64,000 nt of DNA from an uncultured Candidatus Saccharibacteria bacterium (GTDB lineage Bacteria; Patescibacteriota; Saccharimonadia; Saccharimonadales; SZUA-47): contig CAZHXX010000001.1 in assembly GCA_964536485.1 (NCBI GenBank), positions 21,643 through 85,642 of the forward strand, written 5' to 3'. Under the pieces are notes generated by a model. The model saw only the letters and a program-made list of their open reading frames with translations, did no database searches and was not told the origin of the DNA. Numbering within the stretch: the stretch's first letter is position 1; the number at the start of each line of letters is the position of its first letter. The translations under genes were made by a program, and so were the position numbers. Of the stretch, positions 8,147 to 16,208 are shown in pieces.

Positions 8147-8827
8147 TTACGGTTGCTGAGTTGCGGTAGTGTCTGCAGGCGTCGTCGTAGCAGTACCATT
8201 GCCAGCGACAACCACGACAATTTCTGTTTGTGCACCAGGCGTAAAACCAGTTGGGAGTGTTGTGCCAACTTCGTAAGATAGTTTCTGTGCCACGCTCGTC
8301 GTCTCATTAGCTTGATCATTATCAACGTCAAACACGAAACTCTGCGTAATGCCATCCTTCTTCGTCTTTACTACAGTAATCTGGTTCCCAAAGGCTTCGG
8401 TTGCCTTCTTCTCGACTTCTGCTATCGCAGCTTCCGAACCAACAAGTTCTAACGTAATTGGAACCGCCACGGCAGCAGTCTTTACGACACGCTTCTCTGT
8501 TTTTCGGTAGATAACATTTAAGCGATTCTTGCGATAAAACAACAGGTAGTCATCAACCCGAATGTCATCATCCTTAAAGGCATCGAACTGTTTCTTAAAC
8601 TCGTCTACATTTGTCACCTTGGCAACGACTGGCTCTTCTTCCGGCAAATCATACACCTTGTTGACTTCGGCGATAAGTCGCTTGTTTTGCTCGTCTGCCG
8701 TGAGACCAACTTGGTCTTTAAGGTCCTTGTTCTTCATAAATAGAAGTCCCGTAGAGGTACTGAGCCCTAGCAAAGCTACAATGTTTAAAATCATCAGTAC
8801 GCGTTTCGTGTTCAATTTTTTCGCCAT
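8147..8827 (-). CDS. membrane-anchored hypothetical protein
   Basis: 226 aa with an N-terminal TM segment (VLMILNIVALLGLSTSTGLLF) and a T-rich C-terminal tail. Confidence 0.65.
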   Translation of the reverse strand: MAKKLNTKRVLMILNIVALLGLSTSTGLLFMKNKDLKDQVGLTADEQNKRLIAEVNKVYDLPEEEPVVAKVTNVDEFKKQFDAFKDDDIRVDDYLLFYRKNRLNVIYRKTEKRVVKTAAVAVPITLELVGSEAAIAEVEKKATEAFGNQITVVKTKKDGITQSFVFDVDNDQANETTSVAQKLSYEVGTTLPTGFTPGAQTEIVVVVAGNGTATTTPADTTATQQP

Positions 8828-8861
8828 ATATATTCCAAATCCTTATTTCTATTGCTTATCT

Positions 8862-9608
8862 CTATTTTAACTCATAGGTAACGCTTACTGTCTGCGTATA
8901 TTCATTTTGGCCAACCAAAACAGGAAGAGAAGCCCGACTCATTTCTGCCGAACCAGCACTCACCGTCAAAGAACCACTGTCCATCGCCACAGGCGTAATA
9001 GGGCCTGAAGACTGTCCTACCTCAATCACCTTGCCAACTTTAGCGCCAAGCTTACTCGCTTGTTGTTCGGCTTTTTTCTTTGCATCTTCTATTGCTTTGT
9101 CGGTAACTTGGCTATCAAGCTCTTTCTGCTTGTCTTTGCTAAAGCTTGCTTGTGGGGTTTGTTGCCCTTTCGCATCTGTAGTCAGAAGATAATCTTGTAT
9201 CTTTTGCGTCAAATCTTTGTCGGTAATCTTGATAGTTATGCTGGCGGTTGCGGTGCCTTCTTCGTCCTTCGCCCAGTACCAATTGTCAAAACTGCTAAGA
9301 TCCAGCTTCATGTCATCGTCTTTTACACCAAGTTCTTTGAGCTTTGTAATAGCATCATTGGCTTTAGTGGTAAGCGTGTCTTTTAGTGCATCTTTATCTT
9401 TACCGGTTGCTTCAAAGTACGGGTAAAACATATATTCATCCGGTGCTGACTCTATAGTTGCTTCTCCTGTGACAGTAATCTTGCGGGTAGCACTACTCGC
9501 AGAACTCTTATTCCATGGCTGAGACCATAGCAATAACCCTAGCACCACCACCAATAACACCATCTGCGCTGCATTAAATAGTTGTTGCTTCGATACGTTA
9601 ATCGTCAT
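8862..9608 (-). CDS. SIMPL/DUF541-family secreted protein
   Basis: N-terminal TM/signal segment. ITVTGEATIESAPDEY near the start and a VSVTYELK end are typical of DUF541. GAGGGAG SD upstream. Confidence 0.7.
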   Translation of the reverse strand: MTINVSKQQLFNAAQMVLLVVVLGLLLWSQPWNKSSASSATRKITVTGEATIESAPDEYMFYPYFEATGKDKDALKDTLTTKANDAITKLKELGVKDDDMKLDLSSFDNWYWAKDEEGTATASITIKITDKDLTQKIQDYLLTTDAKGQQTPQASFSKDKQKELDSQVTDKAIEDAKKKAEQQASKLGAKVGKVIEVGQSSGPITPVAMDSGSLTVSAGSAEMSRASLPVLVGQNEYTQTVSVTYELK

Positions 9609-9638
9609 AGTAATGTAACTCCCTCGTTAGCTTAAGCA

Positions 9639-10430
9639 CTATTTTACAAGGATTATAAGCAAGAGTACAGCGGCAAACACAAATCGGTAATAGGCAAAGA
9701 CTTTCAATGAGTTACCGGCCAGATACTTAAGCAAGAAGCGTATAGCGATAAATCCACTTATCGCTGCGGTGGCAATACCTACTGCGAACAAGCTTGCCTG
9801 CCCGCTGAGCTCTCCTGGCTCCGCCCCAAGCAACGAACCGGCAATGGCCCCAAATGTAATAGGAATTGCCATAAGGAACGAAAAACGTGCTGCATCTGCT
9901 CTCTTTATATTCCGGAAAAGCCCCATAGTAATGGTGGCGCCAGAACGAGACACCCCAGGTATGAGCGCCAAAGCTTGCGCAAAACCAACTTGTAGCCCAT
10001 CTTGCATCCCAACGTCTTTTAGCTCCCGATGTGCATGTTTCTCGCCGTATTTTTCGGCCAAAAGCATCACACTGCCCATGACTAGCATAGTGACAACTAC
10101 TATTCCTGGATGGCGCAATGTTTGATCTATCCAATCAGAGGCAAGAAAGCCAATTGTCGCCGCCGGAATTGTCGCAATAACAATAACCCTTGCAAGTCTG
10201 CCCTTTTCATTTTTAGAAATGGCGTTACGAACAAGTTCTAAAATATCTCTCCAAAAGAAAATAACCAGCGCAATCAAAGTTCCTACATGTAATGCTACGT
10301 CAAATACGAGAGTGCTGTCAGTGGTGCCAAAAAGTTCATGAGCAGCCAGCAAGTGCCCCGAGCTCGAAACAGGGATAAATTCAGTAAGCCCCTGCACCAA
10401 GCCCAAAACAATTGCTTCAATAATTCCCAT
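9639..10430 (-). CDS. uppP: undecaprenyl-diphosphate phosphatase
   Basis: MGIIEAIVLGLVQGLTEFIPVSSSGHL plus the PGVSRSGATI motif. Confidence 0.9.
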   Translation of the reverse strand: MGIIEAIVLGLVQGLTEFIPVSSSGHLLAAHELFGTTDSTLVFDVALHVGTLIALVIFFWRDILELVRNAISKNEKGRLARVIVIATIPAATIGFLASDWIDQTLRHPGIVVVTMLVMGSVMLLAEKYGEKHAHRELKDVGMQDGLQVGFAQALALIPGVSRSGATITMGLFRNIKRADAARFSFLMAIPITFGAIAGSLLGAEPGELSGQASLFAVGIATAAISGFIAIRFLLKYLAGNSLKVFAYYRFVFAAVLLLIILVK

Positions 10431-10444
10431 AATGATTAAGTATA
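10431..10444 (-). promoter_or_regulatory. -10 box TATACT placed 8 nt before the uppP ATG
   Basis: On the minus strand: ggatatact-taatcatt-ATG. It sits back-to-back with the EVE-gene promoter in a 32-bp divergent gap. Confidence 0.4.
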
Positions 10445-10447
10445 TCC

Positions 10448-10462
10448 TGTTACAATGAAACT
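10448..10462 (+). promoter_or_regulatory. extended -10 (TGtTACAAT) placed 6 nt before ATG 10463
   Basis: Sequence tgttacaat-gaaact-ATG. Confidence 0.5.
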
Positions 10463-10867
10463 ATGAACTATTGGCTTGCAAAGGCAGATCCAGACCACGA
10501 TTATTCTATCGACGACCTTGCCCGGGACGGTGAAACAAACTGGGATGGTGTGCATAACAACGCCGCGATTTTACACATCCAAAAAATGCGCCCAGGCGAC
10601 AATGTTTACATTTATCACTCGCAAAAAGAAAAGTCTATTGTTGGGCTGGCCGAGGTAGTTGGTGACCCTTACGAAAATCATGAGGATCCACGAAGAAGCT
10701 GGGCGGTACGCCTAAAATTTGTAAAAAAATATGACTCACCTCTCCACCTAGCAACAATTAAAGCAGCGCCAGAATGCCAAGACTTTGCGCTTGTGAGAAT
10801 TGGCAGGTTGTCTGTCATGCCCGTGCCTGCAGGAGTACAAGGATGGTTAAAAAAATGCCTCAAGTAA
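10463..10867 (+). CDS. EVE (PUA-like) domain protein
   Basis: 134 aa. MNYWLAKADPDHDYSIDDL...WDGVHN...VYIYHS...IVGLAEVV is the typical EVE/DUF55 pattern. Confidence 0.8.
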   Translation: MNYWLAKADPDHDYSIDDLARDGETNWDGVHNNAAILHIQKMRPGDNVYIYHSQKEKSIVGLAEVVGDPYENHEDPRRSWAVRLKFVKKYDSPLHLATIKAAPECQDFALVRIGRLSVMPVPAGVQGWLKKCLK

Positions 10868-11217
10868 AACCGCCAGTCCGTCAGCATATTGCAATCCTAG
10901 AAGCCAAAGAAGCATTACGCCAGTATCGCTACATACTATTTATTACCGTTTCGGTACTTGTAATAGGAAGCGTATTTTACCATCACTTCGAGGGCTGGCG
11001 CTGGCTCGATGCCATTTATTTTTCTGTTATTAGCCTTGCCACTGTCGGCTACGGAGATTTTGCCCCGCAATCGGATGCCGGAAAAATCTTTACTATGTTT
11101 TATCTCTTTATAGGCATCGGCATTATTGCAGCGCTTCTTAACACGTTTCTAAAGAGCCGTTTTGCAAAACGCTCGCTTCGTTTGCATGCCCTTGAAGAAG
11201 AGCACGAAAAAGAGTAG
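10843..11217 (+). CDS. two-TM potassium channel
   Basis: Selectivity filter TVGYGD. I moved the start to ATG 10843 (AGGAG 7 nt upstream). It overlaps the EVE gene by 25 nt. Confidence 0.8.
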   Translation: MVKKMPQVKPPVRQHIAILEAKEALRQYRYILFITVSVLVIGSVFYHHFEGWRWLDAIYFSVISLATVGYGDFAPQSDAGKIFTMFYLFIGIGIIAALLNTFLKSRFAKRSLRLHALEEEHEKE

Positions 11218-11230
11218 ACTTTATTTTCTA

Positions 11231-11662
11231 ATGCCAACACGTTCAAGAAAAGAAGAAAAGCGTTATCGAGAATATCTCGCATCAGACGAGCCAAGAAACG
11301 GCTGTCAGTTTTGTGCTATCACCAAAGACTCGCCTCAGTTTGTGTCAGAAACAAAGTCTTTTTATGTAATTCGTAACATCTTTCCCTATTCGCACTGGGA
11401 CGGCCAAGGAGTGCTCGACCACCTCCTTCTTATCCCAAAAAAGCACACCGACACACTCTCAAACCTCTCGGCACCTGAAGCCGTAGAATACGTTGATATT
11501 ATTGGTTCGTACGAACGAAACGGCTACGATATTCATGCTCGTGGGCCGTCGTCAAATCGCAAATCAGTCGTGCATCAGCACACGCATTTTATAAAGCTCG
11601 ACCGTAAACACAACGCTTTTATGTTCTATATCAACAAGCCATATATACGCTTTACACGCTAG
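11231..11662 (+). CDS. HIT-family nucleotide hydrolase/transferase
   Basis: Histidine triad HQHTHFI. I moved the start to ATG 11231 (MPTRSRKEE...). Confidence 0.75.
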   Translation: MPTRSRKEEKRYREYLASDEPRNGCQFCAITKDSPQFVSETKSFYVIRNIFPYSHWDGQGVLDHLLLIPKKHTDTLSNLSAPEAVEYVDIIGSYERNGYDIHARGPSSNRKSVVHQHTHFIKLDRKHNAFMFYINKPYIRFTR

Positions 11663-12279
11663 TCTGCTAGCTCAAGAATCGCCAAGCTTTTTTCTACACG
11701 CATCTTTAGAGATTTTTCTTGCACCCACCAGTCAACTGCTTTTTTTGCTCCCGGCAGAGCCGCATTCTGATAATCGTCAACAATGATCACTCCGCCACGC
11801 GTGAGTTTTGGTACAACTAGTTTCATACTGTCCATGATTGATTCATAAAAATCTCCGTCCAAAAATGCAAAGCAAATTTCGCTCGGCAAGTCTTTGTCTT
11901 CCAGCTCATAAAACCAGGCTCGCTTTAGAAGCGGTGGTCGTAAACCCGCCTTATGAAAGTTTCGTTCCAGCCGTGCTTTGCTCGCTTTAAGCTCGCCGCC
12001 TTTAAACAGCTCGCCGACTGCAGACATATCTTCTGCAGTCTTTTCTGGCAAACCTTCAAAGCTGTCATAGAGCCAAAGTTTTTTTTCAGAGGCTAGTTCG
12101 TTCAGGAGGCGCTGTTCAAACAAAGCACTTGTGCCTTCGTAGCACCCGAGTTCGACTAAATCTCCTTCTACACCAGCACGTACCACTCGTTCAAGCTCAT
12201 GCAAGAGTACGCGCAGTTCATCGGCACGCATCTGCTCACTAATTATGCGGTGCTTGCGAAGCAATGTATCGGCTATCAT
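11659..12279 (-). CDS. TylF/MycF-like class I SAM-dependent methyltransferase
   Basis: DLVELGCYEGTSA (SAM-binding loop) and GGVIIVDDYQN...GAKKAVDWW. Confidence 0.7.
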   Translation of the reverse strand: MIADTLLRKHRIISEQMRADELRVLLHELERVVRAGVEGDLVELGCYEGTSALFEQRLLNELASEKKLWLYDSFEGLPEKTAEDMSAVGELFKGGELKASKARLERNFHKAGLRPPLLKRAWFYELEDKDLPSEICFAFLDGDFYESIMDSMKLVVPKLTRGGVIIVDDYQNAALPGAKKAVDWWVQEKSLKMRVEKSLAILELAD

Positions 12280-12848
12280 TTTTTTCTCAAGTATTTTACG
12301 GTAATGTATGCGCCGGTAAACGTCCCAATGGTGGAAAGCGCCAAATCTCCCATGGTATCTCGGTAAGCGGTCAGAGATTCGGTAGGGTTACTGCGCACAA
12401 AACTCAAATATTCAAGTAATTCCCACACGATATGGCTTGTTGAGCCATACGCAACCACGAGCCCAAACAATACCCACGGTGCTACTTTTTGCCCGCGCAA
12501 CATAAAGCCAGCAACAAGCACCCATGGGATGGAGAGAAGCAGATGCATAATATCGTCCCACCAAGTAATCTTGTCATACAGTGCAAGCGTGTTACCCAGT
12601 AAATCAAACGCCACCACAAATGTGAGGCAGACATCGACAATATGCGGGTACTCACTCTTTTTTGCGCTGTTTTTATTGGCTATGCGCCAGATAGTATAGG
12701 TTGCAAGCGCCGTCAGTGGATAAAAAACTACCCGCAAAGCTATCGCCTTATTTTTATACTGTGGCAAGTCACTAAAGTAGACTGCATGCACCAGCAAACC
12801 CACGAGACTGACTTTCAAAAATATATTAAATGCTTTTATCTGATTCAT
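12276..12848 (-). CDS. polytopic membrane protein, unknown function
   Basis: 190 aa with 5-6 TM helices. ATGA overlap with the methyltransferase gene. Confidence 0.6.
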   Translation of the reverse strand: MNQIKAFNIFLKVSLVGLLVHAVYFSDLPQYKNKAIALRVVFYPLTALATYTIWRIANKNSAKKSEYPHIVDVCLTFVVAFDLLGNTLALYDKITWWDDIMHLLLSIPWVLVAGFMLRGQKVAPWVLFGLVVAYGSTSHIVWELLEYLSFVRSNPTESLTAYRDTMGDLALSTIGTFTGAYITVKYLRKK

Positions 12849-12861
12849 ACCAGCAACTATA
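12849..12861 (-). promoter_or_regulatory. -10 box TATAGT placed 7 nt before ATG 12848
   Basis: On the minus strand: cggtatagt-tgctggt-ATG. Confidence 0.45.
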
Positions 12862-12954
12862 CCGTAAAATAGATTTGACGCATAACACTTTAAAATCTAT
12901 AATTACCTCTTGTAGTCATCACTTTTATAACTGATATGTAGTTTTCTGGTGCAT

Positions 12955-13029
12955 TCCCGAGTAGCTCAATGGTGGAGCAAAAAGCTGTTAACTTTGAGGT
13001 TGCCAGTTCGAGTCTGGCCTCGGGAGCCA
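12955..13029 (+). tRNA. tRNA-Asn: tRNA-Asn (anticodon GTT), CCA encoded
   Basis: Cloverleaf read by eye: acceptor TCCCGAG/CTCGGGA, D arm GCTC..GAGC, anticodon stem AAAAG/CTTTG with loop CTGTTAA, T arm GCCAG-TTCGAGT-CTGGC, discriminator G, then CCA. Confidence 0.9.
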
Positions 13030-13045
13030 GGAAACTCTATATCAG

Positions 13046-13396
13046 CTAACTCCATATCCTGGAGTGCGCCATTTGTATCGCCTTTTCATCAAGAAGACCT
13101 AGGCTTATTTGCCTATGACAATTTGCGCAGACTAGTATACACTTCTTGAGTTCTTCAACCACAGCTTCCCATGACCTCGTAATGCCACTCCCGCTAACAC
13201 CGAATGCCTTTTGTTCTGGGTATACATGATGAAAATCAAAAACGCACGGGTGATATTCAGTCTTGCATATTTCGCACTTACCTCCCATCAGCTCAACAGC
13301 ACGTCGTTTTAACTCCTGTCTTCTTTTAGTCACAGCCTGGATTAAGTACTCTCTTCTGTCGCTGTAAGAACGTGTTTCTTTTCTTGTGGTAGACAT
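13046..13396 (-). CDS. small HNH endonuclease
   Basis: CEICK...HHV...CANCH (CxxC/HH/CxxCH). I moved the start to ATG 13396 because of the TGgTACAAT-6-ATG promoter. Confidence 0.75.
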   Translation of the reverse strand: MSTTRKETRSYSDRREYLIQAVTKRRQELKRRAVELMGGKCEICKTEYHPCVFDFHHVYPEQKAFGVSGSGITRSWEAVVEELKKCILVCANCHRQISLGLLDEKAIQMAHSRIWS

Positions 13397-13411
13397 ACTC
13401 AAATTGTACCA
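13397..13411 (-). promoter_or_regulatory. extended -10 (TGgTACAAT) placed 6 nt before ATG 13396
   Basis: On the minus strand: tggtacaat-ttgagt-ATG. Confidence 0.5.
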
Positions 13412-13542
13412 CAACTATAGTAGGAGAAGTTTTAGGTCCTCCTCATTCAGTTCCCGGAACCAAGCCATGCTAGTCAAAGTCAGAACCGTTATTTAGTTCC
13501 ACCTTTTTGTATACCCAGAGCAGAGTTGAAACCGTAATATTT

Positions 13543-13558
13543 TGTTATAGTTATTAAC
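13543..13558 (+). promoter_or_regulatory. extended -10 (TGtTATAGT) placed 7 nt before ATG 13559
   Basis: Sequence tgttatagt-tattaac-ATG. Confidence 0.5.
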
Positions 13559-14113
13559 ATGCCTTTAAATGTTGGGGTCGGTCTTTTACTTGGTGTACTG
13601 CTAAGTTACCTTACGGGCTATAATTATGGCCTTTGTTTAGCATTAGGTGTTTCGGCCGCCTTGCTCCCCGATCTTGATTACGTCTGGAAAGCCATAAAGA
13701 CAAAGCGCTTACCTCATTCAGAACATAGAGACGGCCTACATTACCCAATTATTGTAATACCTGTAGTTGGATTGCTTGGCTGACTCATAAATCCTTATGT
13801 CGGACTAATTTTTGCACTTGGTACTCTTTCGCACTTTTTACATGACAGTGTAGGGATAGGGTTCGGAATCAAATGGCTTTATCCGTATAAAAAGAACTCG
13901 TATCTTTTCTTATTCCAGATAGACACACCGACAAATAAGGAAATGCCGAAGCAAAAACTGTATTCTTGGGATGATTCCGAACGAGCTGAGATGATTAGAA
14001 AATATGCTTATCCTGATTGGATTAGATATGTTTACTTTAATTTCAATCCGTTCGGTATGTTTGAGTACTCAGTGCTACTAATAGGCATGATTGTCGCTGT
14101 AATTAACAGTTAA
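13559..14113 (+). pseudogene. DUF457/YdjM-like membrane-bound metal-dependent hydrolase interrupted by an in-frame TGA (13781-13783)
   Basis: The ORF track stops at 13783. The same frame stays open to TAA 14111-14113 and encodes LINPYVGLIFALGTLSHFLHDSVGIGFGIKWLYPY..., with LPDLD and SHFLHDS motifs. Total length is 185 codons. Confidence 0.6.
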
Positions 14114-14337
14114 ATCTTGCTTGATTATAGTTATAACGTTCTCTATCGTTGTGAGCCAAATAATCAGGATCACTAAATGTGGTCCTTTTTATTTGGCGCC
14201 GGGAACTGGATATGAACCTGGCTTTTGAGAATCAAAAGTGGTTCGGCGAAGCGCAACATAGGACAGGAAGCGATAAGAAATTATTTCCTGCCATCAATTT
14301 AAGACAACTCTTTAGTACTTCTATCACTTAATAGAGT

Positions 14338-14349
14338 TATACTAAAAAT
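14338..14349 (+). promoter_or_regulatory. -10 box TATACT placed 6 nt before ATG 14350
   Basis: Sequence tatact-aaaaat-ATG. Confidence 0.45.
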
Positions 14350-14835
14350 ATGTTAATTTGTTACCGATTTGCAGGAGAAAATAGCCTTACTATAGGCATT
14401 GCCCTTTATCAATGGTTAATTAAAGGCGACCCGAGAATATATGTGCTCTTGCCAGAAGATGATAAAAAGTACTGTGAAGTAGAAGTACTATTTCCACCTG
14501 AATATGAATGGTGCCTACTAGATTCAAAAAGTGAAAAAATATTCTTTGATTCGCGAGAGGTTAAAAAAGAGGAAGCACTTATTTTAGAAGATGAAATAGA
14601 GGAAGACCTATACTTCGTGTGGGATGACGGAGCTTCCAGACATACAGAACGAGCAGCAAAATTATATGATTATTTTAAACCTATGATTGAAGAGCATAGA
14701 GAAACAGCGCTGAATATAAAAAACACTTATTTTGATGAAGAATACCAGAAGCAACTTGCTGAAGCGAAAAACAAAGGCTGGGATACAGATCTTATAACTC
14801 GCAAACAGCCGATGCAAACCTATGGCTCTAATTAA
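14350..14835 (+). CDS. hypothetical acidic protein (161 aa)
   Basis: ORF with a leaderless-type promoter. I recognise no family. Confidence 0.55.
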   Translation: MLICYRFAGENSLTIGIALYQWLIKGDPRIYVLLPEDDKKYCEVEVLFPPEYEWCLLDSKSEKIFFDSREVKKEEALILEDEIEEDLYFVWDDGASRHTERAAKLYDYFKPMIEEHRETALNIKNTYFDEEYQKQLAEAKNKGWDTDLITRKQPMQTYGSN

Positions 14836-14896
14836 TTTAGTCCAAGCCATAGAATAATATTTAAGTATTGTTACTCCTTCCACTTATTCATATCAA

Positions 14897-14927
14897 GGGA
14901 TGATAGATTATTTAGCTAAGTCATCCC
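14897..14927. terminator. hairpin between convergent genes (weak terminator candidate)
   Basis: GGGATGA/TCATCCC stem with a 17-nt loop and no clear U-tract on either side. Confidence 0.25.
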
Positions 14928-14998
14928 GTTCCATGAGTCAAAAAGAAGCTAGGAAAAAACAATAAGAAGGATTAAGTATGGATGAATATTACTTAATA

Positions 14999-15826
14999 TT
15001 ATGGTCTAGCTAGAGCTAGAAATATATTGCAATTATCACGATCATTTACACCTATATATATTCCAATCTCTTTAAATCTTTGATCCAGATAGTTATTAGT
15101 AGATGCATACCATTTATCAACAAGTTCTTTAGGCTCTAAATAACAATTAACGTCGGTAAGCGCTTGGTAAGCTGATTGCGCAGGATAGTACTCCTGACCA
15201 TTAAAATACTCCTCAAGTACTGTTTCGCCTATTGGTAGACTTGGGTTTTGATAATTAAAAATAGCTAGATTCTGAGCGATATTCTGAAGCACTGCTGAAT
15301 AATCCATAGTGCTTAGACCTTTTGAAGTTCTCCTACTATTTACTTCATTGAGAATGTCACCACTTTCTATTTCTTTTAGTTGTGACGCCGGTTGCAATGC
15401 TTGCGTATTAGTACTGGAGTTTGTGCTGGCTGTATGAGTTTGGCTCATATCAATTGATGTAGAACCTTCGTCGTTGCTAGTTAAAATTGATGCTACTATC
15501 AGAATTATAATTACTGAACACACAATTAAAATCAGACTTTTTTTACCACTCACCATCTTATTCAAGCCGGAATTTGAGCCTTGATTCAATGAGGTTTCAT
15601 TTAGTAATGAATTTGGGAATATGTAGAGTACAAGATTCTTAATAAAACCAATTGCCCCGAATACCATAGGTCCCCAAGCTAGAACGTAGGTTCCGCCATT
15701 TGACGCAAGTGAATAAGTTAGCCAAGTTATGATACCTCCCAGCAAAACTAGACCTAGGCTAACAAGCATATTTTGCTTCAGTTTTTCTCTAATTTCACTT
15801 TTTAGGGTTTTATCATTCTGATTCAT
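14999..15826 (-). CDS. membrane protein with a possible C-terminal CAP/SCP-like domain
   Basis: Three TM segments, an S/T-rich linker, and a C-terminal segment (ILNEVNSRR...ELVDKWYAS...KEIGIYIGV) loosely reminiscent of YkwD/CAP domains. Confidence 0.5.
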   Translation of the reverse strand: MNQNDKTLKSEIREKLKQNMLVSLGLVLLGGIITWLTYSLASNGGTYVLAWGPMVFGAIGFIKNLVLYIFPNSLLNETSLNQGSNSGLNKMVSGKKSLILIVCSVIIILIVASILTSNDEGSTSIDMSQTHTASTNSSTNTQALQPASQLKEIESGDILNEVNSRRTSKGLSTMDYSAVLQNIAQNLAIFNYQNPSLPIGETVLEEYFNGQEYYPAQSAYQALTDVNCYLEPKELVDKWYASTNNYLDQRFKEIGIYIGVNDRDNCNIFLALARP

Positions 15827-16195
15827 ATCTAAAGTTTACTCTCCTTGTAAAGGATAAATAAGCGATTCGGAATTATTACGAGCATAATTAACATCTGTAG
15901 AGATTTGGACAATATCTAAGCTGGTGTTTCAGCAGGGCTAATAGTTGATCTGATTGATCTCGTTGAAGGATACTGGTCCTAGCCACATATCCGTCTGTTT
16001 TTTATCGAATATAACAGGCATATGATTGCTTGGCGATACGCTGTAGTTGGTCCAGTTAGTTGCAGATCTATTGTAGGTTCAACATTATACAGATTTATAA
16101 TCACATAGCTAGAGTACTAGGTGTAGCGTCCGTACGTAAATTAATTATTGCTAAATAACTAATTTGTAAATTTTAAATTATAGTGAAAAACTATA

Positions 16196-16208
16196 TATAA
16201 TTAATTTA
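16196..16208 (+). promoter_or_regulatory. -10 box TATAAT placed 7 nt before ATG 16209
   Basis: Sequence tataat-taattta-ATG. Confidence 0.45.

Noticed and set aside
13781-13783. Genome-wide reassignment of TGA (genetic code 4 or 25) as the explanation for the in-frame TGA in the DUF457 gene.
   Set aside because: TGA terminates several well-conserved genes at homologue-consistent lengths: rfbB (57232-57234), rfbA (60128-60130), the EVE gene (25771-25773) and the four-helix-bundle gene (53157-53159). A point mutation or pseudogene is the simpler explanation.
13448-14218. The 10-nt inverted match CAGTTCCCGG (13448-13457) with CCGGGAACTG (14209-14218) flanking the DUF457 gene, considered as IS/MITE terminal repeats.
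   Set aside because: It is only 10 nt long, each copy is part of a local GTTCC/GGAAC palindrome, and there are no target-site duplication, no transposase and no further extension of the match.
15938-16021. A minus-strand open frame reading ...NWTNYSVSPSNHMPVIFDKKQTDMWLGPVSFNEINQINY* in the 15827-16208 gap, which looks like the C-terminal remnant of a protein.
   Set aside because: It is only 28 codons from its first ATG (about 47 from the upstream stop codon), with no promoter or SD sequence and no recognisable family. It cannot be supported as a gene or pseudogene without a homology search.
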